From a virus, in the IMG/VR virus record IMGVR_UViG_3300010231_000003, positions 1-64,000 of that record: DNA of 64,000 nucleotides; one strand, 5' to 3'. The notes under the pieces were generated by a model. It searched no databases. It had not been told where the DNA came from and saw only the letters and a program-made list of their open reading frames with translations. A program made the position numbers and the translations under genes. Below, piece after piece: positions 8,510 to 14,666 of the stretch (positions within the stretch are counted from its first letter, which is position 1; the number at the start of each line of letters is the position of its first letter).

Positions 8510-8614
8510 ATTGTAAATGAGGGTGCTCTGTCCACTGAGCTACCGAACGGGCTATTAACCACTACCGGGACGGATTCGAACCGTCGTCTCCCTACGCTCG
8601 TTACTACTGCTGTT
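8510..8614 (-). pseudogene. two tRNA fragments: a 3' half followed by an unrelated 5' half
   Basis: 8614-8566 carries a T arm plus acceptor strand (GACGG TTCGAAT CCGTC CCGGTAG). 8555-8512 carries an acceptor strand, a canonical D arm and the loop ATTTACA (CGTTCGG TA GCTCAGTGGACAGAGC A CCCTC ATTTACA). The acceptor strands do not pair and neither piece folds into a full cloverleaf. Confidence 0.4.
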
Positions 8615-8696
8615 TGGTAGGCAAGGAGAGATTCGAACTCTCAAAAGCCCTGCTTCTAAGGCAGGTAGGTGTACCGTTCCCATTAGCCACTCGCCC
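8615..8696 (-). tRNA. tRNA-Leu(UAG) with a short variable loop
   Basis: Perfect anticodon arm CCTGC CTTAGAA GCAGG, T arm GAGAG TTCGAAT CTCTC, A73, CCA. 22-nt D region and a 6-nt variable loop. Confidence 0.65.
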
Positions 8697-8849
8697 AAAT
8701 TCTTGCTACCATTTCTGTCAGGTTGGTAGCGACCTGTCCTTGTCGGGATTTCCCTGCCCTGCACGGGCCGAGACTGTTTGACGAGAGGCGTAGTTACACG
8801 GACTGGACACCGCCTGATAGGCTTCTCTTTCCTACGATTGTCGTCAACT

Positions 8850-8923
8850 TGGAGCGGGGTGCGAGAATCGAACTCGCCTCATTAGCTTGGAAGGCTAAGG
8901 CACAGCCACTATACCAAACCCGC
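8850..8923 (-). tRNA. tRNA-Gly(UCC)
   Basis: Anticodon arm TTAGC CTTCCAA GCTAA, T arm GCGAG TTCGATT CTCGC, acceptor GCGGGTT/ACCCCGC, CCA. Confidence 0.85.
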
Positions 8924-8930
8924 ATTGTTC

Positions 8931-9005
8931 TGGCGACTCTAGGGAGAATTGAACTCCCGTGCTCGGATCGACAATCCGGCGTAATAACCACTATACGATA
9001 GAGCC
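8931..9005 (-). tRNA. tRNA-Asp(GUC)
   Basis: Acceptor GGCTCTA/TAGAGTC, loop TTGTCGA, T arm GGGAG TTCAATT CTCCC, G73, CCA. Confidence 0.85.
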
Positions 9006-9007
9006 AT

Positions 9008-9292
9008 TTATTTAATCAGCTTCCGTACCAGACGGAAGTTGTTTGCTACCACTACGACGTACACTGCGCACAGTGCCGCGAGGATAGCAGGCAGTTGCAT
9101 CAGGAACGCATACGCCAGAGCCAGCACTACCAGCTTCGGCAGGATGAGCCCTGCTACCGTTCCTACCTTCTCGATCATAAAACGCATGACAGGGTTCGCC
9201 TCGTGTGCTACACTGGCATCTAGCAAGCGTTTCGTGGAGTACACGTCGCACATCTGGAGCACACACAGGGCTACAAACAAAATGATTGACAT
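9008..9292 (-). CDS. small multi-pass membrane protein embedded in the tRNA array
   Basis: Start at ATG 9292 (MSIILFVALCVLQMCDVYST..) after aaggagagaag. 94 aa with 3 hydrophobic segments. Confidence 0.65.
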   Translation of the reverse strand: MSIILFVALCVLQMCDVYSTKRLLDASVAHEANPVMRFMIEKVGTVAGLILPKLVVLALAYAFLMQLPAILAALCAVYVVVVANNFRLVRKLIK

Positions 9293-9309
9293 CTTCTCTC
9301 CTTTATTCT

Positions 9310-9396
9310 TGGCTGGCAAGGCTGGCTTCGAACCAGCAAGTGCATTTCTGCGCCTGATTAACAGTCAGGTAGGTCTACCAATTCCCCCACATGCCA
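9310..9396 (-). tRNA. tRNA-Asn(GUU) with a Leu-like body and long variable arm
   Basis: Perfect anticodon arm CCTGA CTGTTAA TCAGG, G73, CCA. D arm GGGGAATTGGTAGACC and a 15-nt extra arm (GCA GAAA TGC) resemble class II Leu tRNAs. 87 nt. Confidence 0.65.
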
Positions 9397-9398
9397 AT

Positions 9399-9472
9399 TG
9401 GTTGCGGATGCCAGAGTCGAACTGGACCTCCGGGTTATGAGCCCATAGTGCTTACCGTTACACCACACCGCA
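9399..9472 (-). tRNA. tRNA-Met(CAU)
   Basis: Loop CTCATAA above three G-C pairs (an initiator-like feature), T loop TTCGACT, CCA. The base of the acceptor stem is imperfect. Confidence 0.7.
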
Positions 9473-9572
9473 ATTGTACGACAGTTCTGTTTCTCGGCCG
9501 TCTTCGCCTCAGTGACTTATGATTTCGTCACGCCGCTTCTGCGATTGCTCTGCTACAGCGACAAGTACCAAC

Positions 9573-9601
9573 ATAATAACATACGTAGTGCTACTTGTCA
9601 A
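9573..9601 (-). promoter_or_regulatory. sigma70-type promoter inside the tRNA array
   Basis: Minus strand reads TTGACA-agtagcactacgtatgt(17)-TATTAT, between tRNA-Pro and tRNA-Met. Confidence 0.65.
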
Positions 9602-9625
9602 GCTTTGCGCTTACGCGCTGAATTC

Positions 9626-9701
9626 TGGTCTGGGTGGGTGGGATCGAACCACCGGCCTCAAGCTTCCAAAGCTCGCCGTCTACCGCTGACATTACACCCA
9701 G
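9626..9701 (-). tRNA. tRNA-Pro(UGG)
   Basis: Perfect acceptor CTGGGTG/CACCCAG (C1-G72), anticodon arm CGAGC TTTGGAA GCTTG, T arm GGTGG TTCGATC CCACC, CCA. Confidence 0.85.
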
Positions 9702-9702
9702 A

Positions 9703-9778
9703 TGGTGCCCCCGGCAGGAATCGAACCCGCGACCTTCGGATTACAAATCCGCTGCTCTACCTGCTGAGCTACAAGGGC
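9703..9778 (-). tRNA. tRNA-Thr(UGU)
   Basis: D arm GCTC AGCAGGTA GAGC, loop TTTGTAA, T arm GCGGG TTCGATT CCTGC, CCA. Confidence 0.85.
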
Positions 9779-10089
9779 AAACTTCTCCATGCATACCATC
9801 CAAGTTGCTGCGATGTGTGTACTGCGTGGCAATTTGCACATAGTACACGGCACTTAGCTATCTCGTCAAGTAGCACTTGCTTCTTAACACCAGCCGACAC
9901 AAGGGATGAAACCTTTGCCATCTTATCTCTAACGTGGTCGAGTTGGAGACAAGCTACTCGCGTTTCACCGCAGACTTCACACGGGTTGCGCTCGTAGTGC
10001 TGGTAAATTATTTCTCGCAGCGCGTTCCTGCGCTTTTCTCGCGCTACCGCTGCTGCTTCTTTGTTACGTACTTTCAAAACTACCTCCAA
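9769..10089 (-). CDS. HNH endonuclease (endonuclease VII-like)
   Basis: CEVCGE..LQLDHV..VLCANCH motif. Only TTG starts are available (10089 or 10077, the latter after GGAGG). The 3' end overlaps the tRNA-Thr 5' end by 10 nt. Confidence 0.65.
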   Translation of the reverse strand: MEVVLKVRNKEAAAVAREKRRNALREIIYQHYERNPCEVCGETRVACLQLDHVRDKMAKVSSLVSAGVKKQVLLDEIAKCRVLCANCHAVHTSQQLGWYAWRSLPL

Positions 10090-10423
10090 GACTAGGTTAA
10101 CTTACCAAGCGTTCTCCTTGGATCGGAGTTAGCCCTAATCTTGCTTGTTAGTCCCGCTTACTTTTACGGGGCCGGAACCACCCGGCAGCTTGGCAACCAA
10201 CCAAGGAGAAGACAAAGTTGAACAACGGAAGAGTAGTCGCCTACGAAGACACTGGAGCAATCCGTAGCGCTTCGTTTCGGGGACGGTAACTTCGCCAAGA
10301 CCCTGCAACGCTGGGTCTATCGAGATAGGATCAACCTCCTTTCGGAAATTAAATCAAGTGGCGACTACTCAAATCATGGAAGCAGCGTGGTAAAATCTGC
10401 TTCGGAATCTCTTACGTACTGCT

Positions 10424-10452
10424 ATCTTACACTACGGAGCCTTATTTGTCAA
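10424..10452 (-). promoter_or_regulatory. sigma70-type promoter driving a 330-nt leader plus the HNH gene
   Basis: Minus strand reads TTGACA-aataaggctccgtagtg(17)-TAAGAT, overlapping the stop codon of the upstream gene. Confidence 0.6.
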
Positions 10453-10987
10453 GTTTTTGCTCAATTGGCCTTGACTTGCCCCACCACTCTAGGTTAGAGA
10501 CATGATTATTCGTCACGTCTTTGTCCTTGTGGCGTACGTTGCGACGGTTCTCCGGGTTAGGGAGCCACGCCAGTGCGACAGCACGGTGGAGGGTAAGCAT
10601 CGAGCTACCACCGCCTACGTACATATACTGCTTCTTCGAAGCCTTCAGCCACTTGCTATGCAGGTGCGACCATACACGGCCATCCTGCGTCACTTCCCAT
10701 TTTCCTTCGAAGCCGGGGACCGGGCGGGTATCCGACTCTGCGAACTCCGCTACGAGGGCTGCACGAGCCTTGCGACGGGCTTCCGTAGCTTCTACTACGT
10801 CCTTTCCTACCTTCGAGATGCGTTTATCGCGCTTCAGTGTCTTGCGAACGAGACGAAGTTGCTCCACAATGTCCGTACGGCCGTTGGCTGTGTACGTCTT
10901 GATGGCGATGTGAAGAGCCTGCCGAGAAATTCCCTTGGCTCGTTCTACTGCTTCGTCCAAGGTTAGCTCTTTCCAGCTCTTGGCCAT
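10442..10987 (-). CDS. HNH_3/NUMOD-type homing endonuclease with an N-terminal HTH
   Basis: WEVTQDGRVWSH..LHRAVALAWLPNPENRRNVRHKDKDVTNNHVSNLEWW. Start moved to ATG 10987 after ccaaggaaaccaac. Confidence 0.7.
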   Translation of the reverse strand: MAKSWKELTLDEAVERAKGISRQALHIAIKTYTANGRTDIVEQLRLVRKTLKRDKRISKVGKDVVEATEARRKARAALVAEFAESDTRPVPGFEGKWEVTQDGRVWSHLHSKWLKASKKQYMYVGGGSSMLTLHRAVALAWLPNPENRRNVRHKDKDVTNNHVSNLEWWGKSRPIEQKLDK

Positions 10988-11010
10988 GTTGGTTTCCTTG
11001 GTAATATTGG

Positions 11011-11349
11011 TCATACTTCTTGAATTGTATGCATGTCGAGTCGTGGAGCACTGGGCTTCTTATCTTCGTCGCCGGGAATCAACGGGGTCTTCGGACCAGT
11101 TGCCCTCATCTCTGCGATGAGACGGTTCAGTTCGTCCTTGTTGATCTGGTCGGTGATACGAATCTGTAGGTCGATGATCGCCTCTGCCAGCTTCAAACGC
11201 TCCTTCAGTGGAACGTTCTCTTCGTCTTCCATCTTACTCGCCATCAGATCGATTGCAGCGGGCGTAATCCTTCCTAGCTGCTTGGCAAGGTCTGCCAACT
11301 CGTGCTTCTTCTTTACGAACATTTGGCCTTCCCTTAGTACTACTGCCAT
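11011..11349 (-). CDS. hypothetical protein
   Basis: Start at ATG 11349 (MAVVLREGQMF..) after caggagtatagc, downstream of a consensus promoter. Confidence 0.65.
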   Translation of the reverse strand: MAVVLREGQMFVKKKHELADLAKQLGRITPAAIDLMASKMEDEENVPLKERLKLAEAIIDLQIRITDQINKDELNRLIAEMRATGPKTPLIPGDEDKKPSAPRLDMHTIQEV

Positions 11350-11370
11350 GCTATACTCCTGAAAGTTCTT

Positions 11371-11399
11371 ATTATATACTAGGTAGTGGTGTTTGTCAA
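11371..11399 (-). promoter_or_regulatory. consensus sigma70 promoter (leftward)
   Basis: Minus strand reads TTGACA-aacaccactacctagta(17)-TATAAT. Confidence 0.75.
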
Positions 11400-11556
11400 C
11401 TTTACGTATCACTGCTTATATATTATTCATATATAACATATGTTATATAACTACTATATAGAATATTTATAACCCTTCCTATTGACTTTCCCTTCAGGAA
11501 AGTCTTACGCTAGCGTACTACTATATATAAACCTCGCTCCCTGCGGTCGCTCGGTT

Positions 11557-11585
11557 AGTATATATTACGTTCCCTTATTTGTCAA
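11557..11585 (-). promoter_or_regulatory. second leftward sigma70 promoter
   Basis: Minus strand reads TTGACA-aataagggaacgtaata(17)-TATACT, back to back with the rightward promoter at 11589. Confidence 0.55.
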
Positions 11586-11588
11586 ACA

Positions 11589-11617
11589 TTGACAGCAAAG
11601 AGAAGTAGGTATATAAT
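11589..11617 (+). promoter_or_regulatory. consensus sigma70 promoter (rightward)
   Basis: TTGACA-gcaaagagaagtaggta(17)-TATAAT, 30 nt before the RBS of the 11650 gene. Confidence 0.75.
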
Positions 11618-11649
11618 GCTTCTTATCCCAAACAAGAAAGGAGTAAAGG

Positions 11650-11865
11650 ATGGAAGCACTACCAATCGCGGAGGAAGTACGTAGCAAAGACTACAACGTT
11701 TACTTCCGCACACAATCTGGCTCCATTGGAGCTATAAAGGCTTCGGATTGCGTTTCGCACAAGCAAGCGATCCTCGAAGTCAAGGAACTACTGGTCGCAG
11801 GCGGAGATTGCCTGACTAACAAGGCGGTACTCGCCGTAATCAAAGGAGGTAAGAATGCAAACTAA
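11650..11865 (+). CDS. hypothetical protein
   Basis: 71 aa, RBS aaaggagtaaagg. Confidence 0.65.
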   Translation: MEALPIAEEVRSKDYNVYFRTQSGSIGAIKASDCVSHKQAILEVKELLVAGGDCLTNKAVLAVIKGGKNAN

Positions 11866-12139
11866 GTATCACGACATCGTAGAAACCAACATTGCTTCGT
11901 TCGCGAAGGAACTGGAGCTGAAGATTCTAGATGGCTGGGCCATCGACAAATCGAACGAGGGCGATGTCATCGGCTTCTATGGCGGGACGTATACAGTGAC
12001 GCTCAGCCGCAACTATGAGACTGTGGACCGATTCCGCAAGAGCGCAGCAGCGACACAGGACGCACCGAAGCTGTCACCCGCAGAGAGTCTTGCGAGAGCA
12101 CGTCAAGCCCGCTCAAACAAGGCCGGAAATAAGGGTTGA
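11855..12139 (+). CDS. hypothetical protein
   Basis: 94 aa, RBS aaggaggtaaga. Confidence 0.65.
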   Translation: MQTKYHDIVETNIASFAKELELKILDGWAIDKSNEGDVIGFYGGTYTVTLSRNYETVDRFRKSAAATQDAPKLSPAESLARARQARSNKAGNKG

Positions 12140-12255
12140 TGCGGCGAAACAACATCCGTAAAGATTCTGTTCCAATTCCGTCAGGCAACATGCATAATTC
12201 TTCCTGTCGGCAACAAGCCGAGAACAAATAACCTATCTCTTGGAGAGAATCTAAT

Positions 12256-12651
12256 ATGAGCAACCTGTCGATCCTGCGCAACTCGCTGAAACTCAACGCC
12301 GACGTTATTACCCTGCTGCAATTTACAGTGAAGGAATTCAAGGTCGAAGCTGGCAAGTGGCGTGAGCTGGGCGAGACGGCGTTTTTCGTGGCTGCATGCG
12401 CGGATCGCCGGAAGCACGAACGTAAGCTGGCGAAGGCTGTCGCCATTCAGGACCGTACGAAGGAAGAGATTGCGACGATCTTCCGCAAAGAGCGTATCCG
12501 CGTGAAGTACATGCGCGTGTTCGGCAAGTGGCCGGAGCAACAGCAGACCACGACCCGCGAACAGGAAGCCATGCTGGATGCTCTGCTGGCGGAGCAGGCG
12601 GCAGAACTGGCCCTCGCGTTCGTAGCTACGGATGTTGCAAAAAGTACTTGA
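12256..12651 (+). CDS. hypothetical protein
   Basis: 131 aa, RBS ggagag. The long antisense ORF 12181-13182 is judged to be a shadow. Confidence 0.6.
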   Translation: MSNLSILRNSLKLNADVITLLQFTVKEFKVEAGKWRELGETAFFVAACADRRKHERKLAKAVAIQDRTKEEIATIFRKERIRVKYMRVFGKWPEQQQTTTREQEAMLDALLAEQAAELALAFVATDVAKST

Positions 12652-12676
12652 CCGTCTGCATTTTATACGTGATAAT
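12648..12676 (+). promoter_or_regulatory. sigma70-type promoter upstream of the recombinase
   Basis: TTGACC-N17-GATAAT. Confidence 0.5.
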
Positions 12677-12708
12677 CCTTCCATAAACTCAACGCATGGA
12701 AGGACATC

Positions 12709-13377
12709 ATGAAAAAGCTCATCGGATATACCCGCGTCTCCCACAAAGAACAGGGCAAGACGAAGAACGGTCTGGAAGCGCAAGCGGAGGCAATCCGCTT
12801 GTTCGCTCACTACAACGGGTACGAACTCGTTGAAATCGTTCAGGAAGTCCGTACGGGCGCTGACAATGAGCGTCCTGTACTGGCTGAAATCACGAAGCGT
12901 GCCGCAAAGATCGGTGCATACGTCGTCGTGAACAAGCTGGACCGTCTGTCCCGCGATGCCCTGTTCATACTCCAGTACGTCAAGACCAATCCCCGCTTCA
13001 TCGTCACGATGTTGGGCGAAGGCGTTGACCCGTTCATGCTTCACATCTACGCCGGTTTGGCGGAGAAAGAGCGGGCGATGATTTCTGAGCGTACCCGTGC
13101 AGCCCTTCAGGCTAAACGCGCACGTGGCGAAACGTTGGGGGCCAAGGAATCGGTTCGCGTGAAGGCTACCGCCGCATCGCACGTGTCGATGAAGGCGCAG
13201 TCTGACGCATTCGCGGATCGCGTCAAGCCGATGATCCAGCGTATGATCCTCGCCGGGATGTCTTACCGTGCGATGGCCTCTGAGCTAAATGCGCTGAACG
13301 TCAAAACGGCTCGTGGAGGCGAGTGGCATGCTATGACGGTGAGGAACATCGTGGAACGCTTTAAGGAGGTCGCATGA
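12709..13377 (+). CDS. small serine recombinase (resolvase/invertase family)
   Basis: N-terminal IGYTRVSHKEQ catalytic-serine motif, ..VVVNKLDRLSRD.., and a C-terminal HTH-like tail. 222 aa. Confidence 0.85.
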   Translation: MKKLIGYTRVSHKEQGKTKNGLEAQAEAIRLFAHYNGYELVEIVQEVRTGADNERPVLAEITKRAAKIGAYVVVNKLDRLSRDALFILQYVKTNPRFIVTMLGEGVDPFMLHIYAGLAEKERAMISERTRAALQAKRARGETLGAKESVRVKATAASHVSMKAQSDAFADRVKPMIQRMILAGMSYRAMASELNALNVKTARGGEWHAMTVRNIVERFKEVA

Positions 13378-13613
13378 AATTCGCTATAGTCGCTGCTGTT
13401 GTCGTCGCAATGGCATTCTGGATCGCCATGCAACACACGGGCATCCCGCGTGACTTGTTCAACGCTGCGGTGCTGCTAATGTTTTGCCCGGACACTAACC
13501 CGCTGAGCCCTAGCTGCGGCGAAGTCACGTTAGATTTCGTTCTGCGGAGGGTGTTCTGGACCGCTACGGCCGTTCTCGTGCTGGTGACGGTATGGAGGGC
13601 GCCGCGAGATTAA
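13374..13613 (+). CDS. small membrane protein
   Basis: 79 aa, hydrophobic, ATGA overlap with the recombinase stop. Confidence 0.6.
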   Translation: MKFAIVAAVVVAMAFWIAMQHTGIPRDLFNAAVLLMFCPDTNPLSPSCGEVTLDFVLRRVFWTATAVLVLVTVWRAPRD

Positions 13614-13681
13614 AAGCGCCGCAGGCGGGCCGCAAAAATTTTTTAACGCCGGGAGTCCCGGCATCAACCAAGGAGAAGAAA

Positions 13682-14215
13682 ATGACCAGCTATGAATACG
13701 ATCTGACCATCACCATGACCTCGGGCTTCGCGTTGGGGGCTCACGCAGGCCAGAAACGCAAATACACGGGCGAGGACTACTACCATCACCCGAAACGCGT
13801 CGCTGAAATCCTCAACCAGCACGGCCACAAAGACATCGTGACGCTTCAAGCGGCTCTGCTGCACGACACGGTGGAGGACACGCACGTCACGCACGAGCAA
13901 ATCGTTGAGTATTTCGGCAACGACGTGGCCGTCCTCGTGGGCTGGTTGACGAAAACGGAGTGGGATGCCCCGGCTCCGCCTCGTGCAGAACGCAAAGCCT
14001 TCGAAATCGCTCGCCTGAAGGACGCTCCGGTCGTCGTCAAGACGATCAAGCTGGCCGACCGCTACGACAATCTGCCGTCCGTGATCGAGCACGATCCGAA
14101 ATTCGCTCCCGTCATCGTTGCGGAGACGCGTGAGCTGCTGGACGGAGCCCTCGTCGGCGGTTGCCCGGTGCTGTGGGCGAAGCTGGACGCCATCGTGCGT
14201 GAATTTCAGCAATAA
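13682..14215 (+). CDS. HD-domain phosphohydrolase, SpoT/Mesh1-like (p)ppGpp hydrolase fold
   Basis: GAHAGQKRKYTGEDYYHHP..LHDTVEDT motif. Start at ATG 13682 after accaaggagaagaaa. Confidence 0.7.
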   Translation: MTSYEYDLTITMTSGFALGAHAGQKRKYTGEDYYHHPKRVAEILNQHGHKDIVTLQAALLHDTVEDTHVTHEQIVEYFGNDVAVLVGWLTKTEWDAPAPPRAERKAFEIARLKDAPVVVKTIKLADRYDNLPSVIEHDPKFAPVIVAETRELLDGALVGGCPVLWAKLDAIVREFQQ

Positions 14216-14220
14216 AAGGC

Positions 14221-14249
14221 TTGACGCAATACGTAAGTAGCGCTACAAT
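14221..14249 (+). promoter_or_regulatory. sigma70-type promoter
   Basis: TTGACG-caatacgtaagtagcgc(17)-TACAAT, followed by the CA-rich leader. Confidence 0.65.
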
Positions 14250-14278
14250 CCTCTCTACCAACTAACCAAGGAGAACAA

Positions 14279-14656
14279 ATGAACACAATGCAACAGGAAT
14301 TCGATGCAATCGTTTTGCATCTGTACGCACAGGGCAAACCCGCGATGGAACACGGCATTTGCGCTTATCGCGGTGTTGACGGGACCAAGTGTGCGGTCGG
14401 TGCACGTATCCCGGACTCCGTATACAGCCCTGACATGGAAGGCAAAAACATGAGCTGCCTGATGGAATGCTTCGGTGACGCGCTGCCGCCTGAATTTACC
14501 GCGTACGAACCCATGTACGCTGCCGTGCAAAATGTCCACGACTACTGGGATCATCAGGGGCACAGGTCCAACGGCGTAACGTGGAACGATTGGCTGGATG
14601 TCCGGCTGGAACAAGCCGCTAAGGAACTGAATCTGACCTTCACTAAACCGCAATAA
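14279..14656 (+). CDS. hypothetical protein
   Basis: 125 aa, leader accaactaaccaaggagaacaa. Confidence 0.7.
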   Translation: MNTMQQEFDAIVLHLYAQGKPAMEHGICAYRGVDGTKCAVGARIPDSVYSPDMEGKNMSCLMECFGDALPPEFTAYEPMYAAVQNVHDYWDHQGHRSNGVTWNDWLDVRLEQAAKELNLTFTKPQ

Positions 14657-14666
14657 GGAGAACAAA

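Noticed and set aside
8510-8614. A functional circularly permuted tRNA gene (3' half upstream of 5' half).
   Set aside because: The two acceptor strands (CCGGTAG and CGTTCGG) are not complementary, and the anticodon stem has no 3' partner. Two unrelated fragments is the simpler explanation.
6662-9997. Many tracked ORFs across the tRNA array, such as 6662-6993, 7995-8516, 8555-9001 and 9039-9997.
   Set aside because: They overlap well-folded tRNA genes on the opposite strand. Only the HNH gene (7502-7912), the membrane protein (9008-9292) and the HNH gene at 9769-10089 look genuine.
10090-10423. A group I intron carrying the HNH ORF. The same idea was considered for 49885-50255.
   Set aside because: No interrupted host gene or exon junction is evident on either side, and I could not locate the conserved P3-P7-P8 core by eye. 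The question is kept open as a check, but the region is not called an intron.
12181-13182. Long minus-strand ORF (333 aa) antisense to the recombinase region. Similar long antisense ORFs occur at 14643-16061, 30820-31407, 31606-32367, 33010-34425, 37096-38019, 39758-40876, 41661-43181, 44540-46102, 47404-48360, 50828-51523, 56567-58501 and 62773-63960.
   Set aside because: Each lies opposite a plus-strand gene with clear catalytic motifs (recombinase, RtcB, ligases, primase-helicase, helicase, polymerase, RNR, Nampt). They are Arg/His/Val/Leu-rich, lack RBSs, and are the usual shadow frames of GC-rich coding DNA.
12709-13377. Taking the serine recombinase as evidence that the element is a temperate prophage or integrative element.
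   Set aside because: At 222 aa it is the small resolvase/invertase type, not a large serine integrase. No repressor, attP or host flanks are in the window, and the rest is a typical lytic replication/tRNA/host-takeover gene set.
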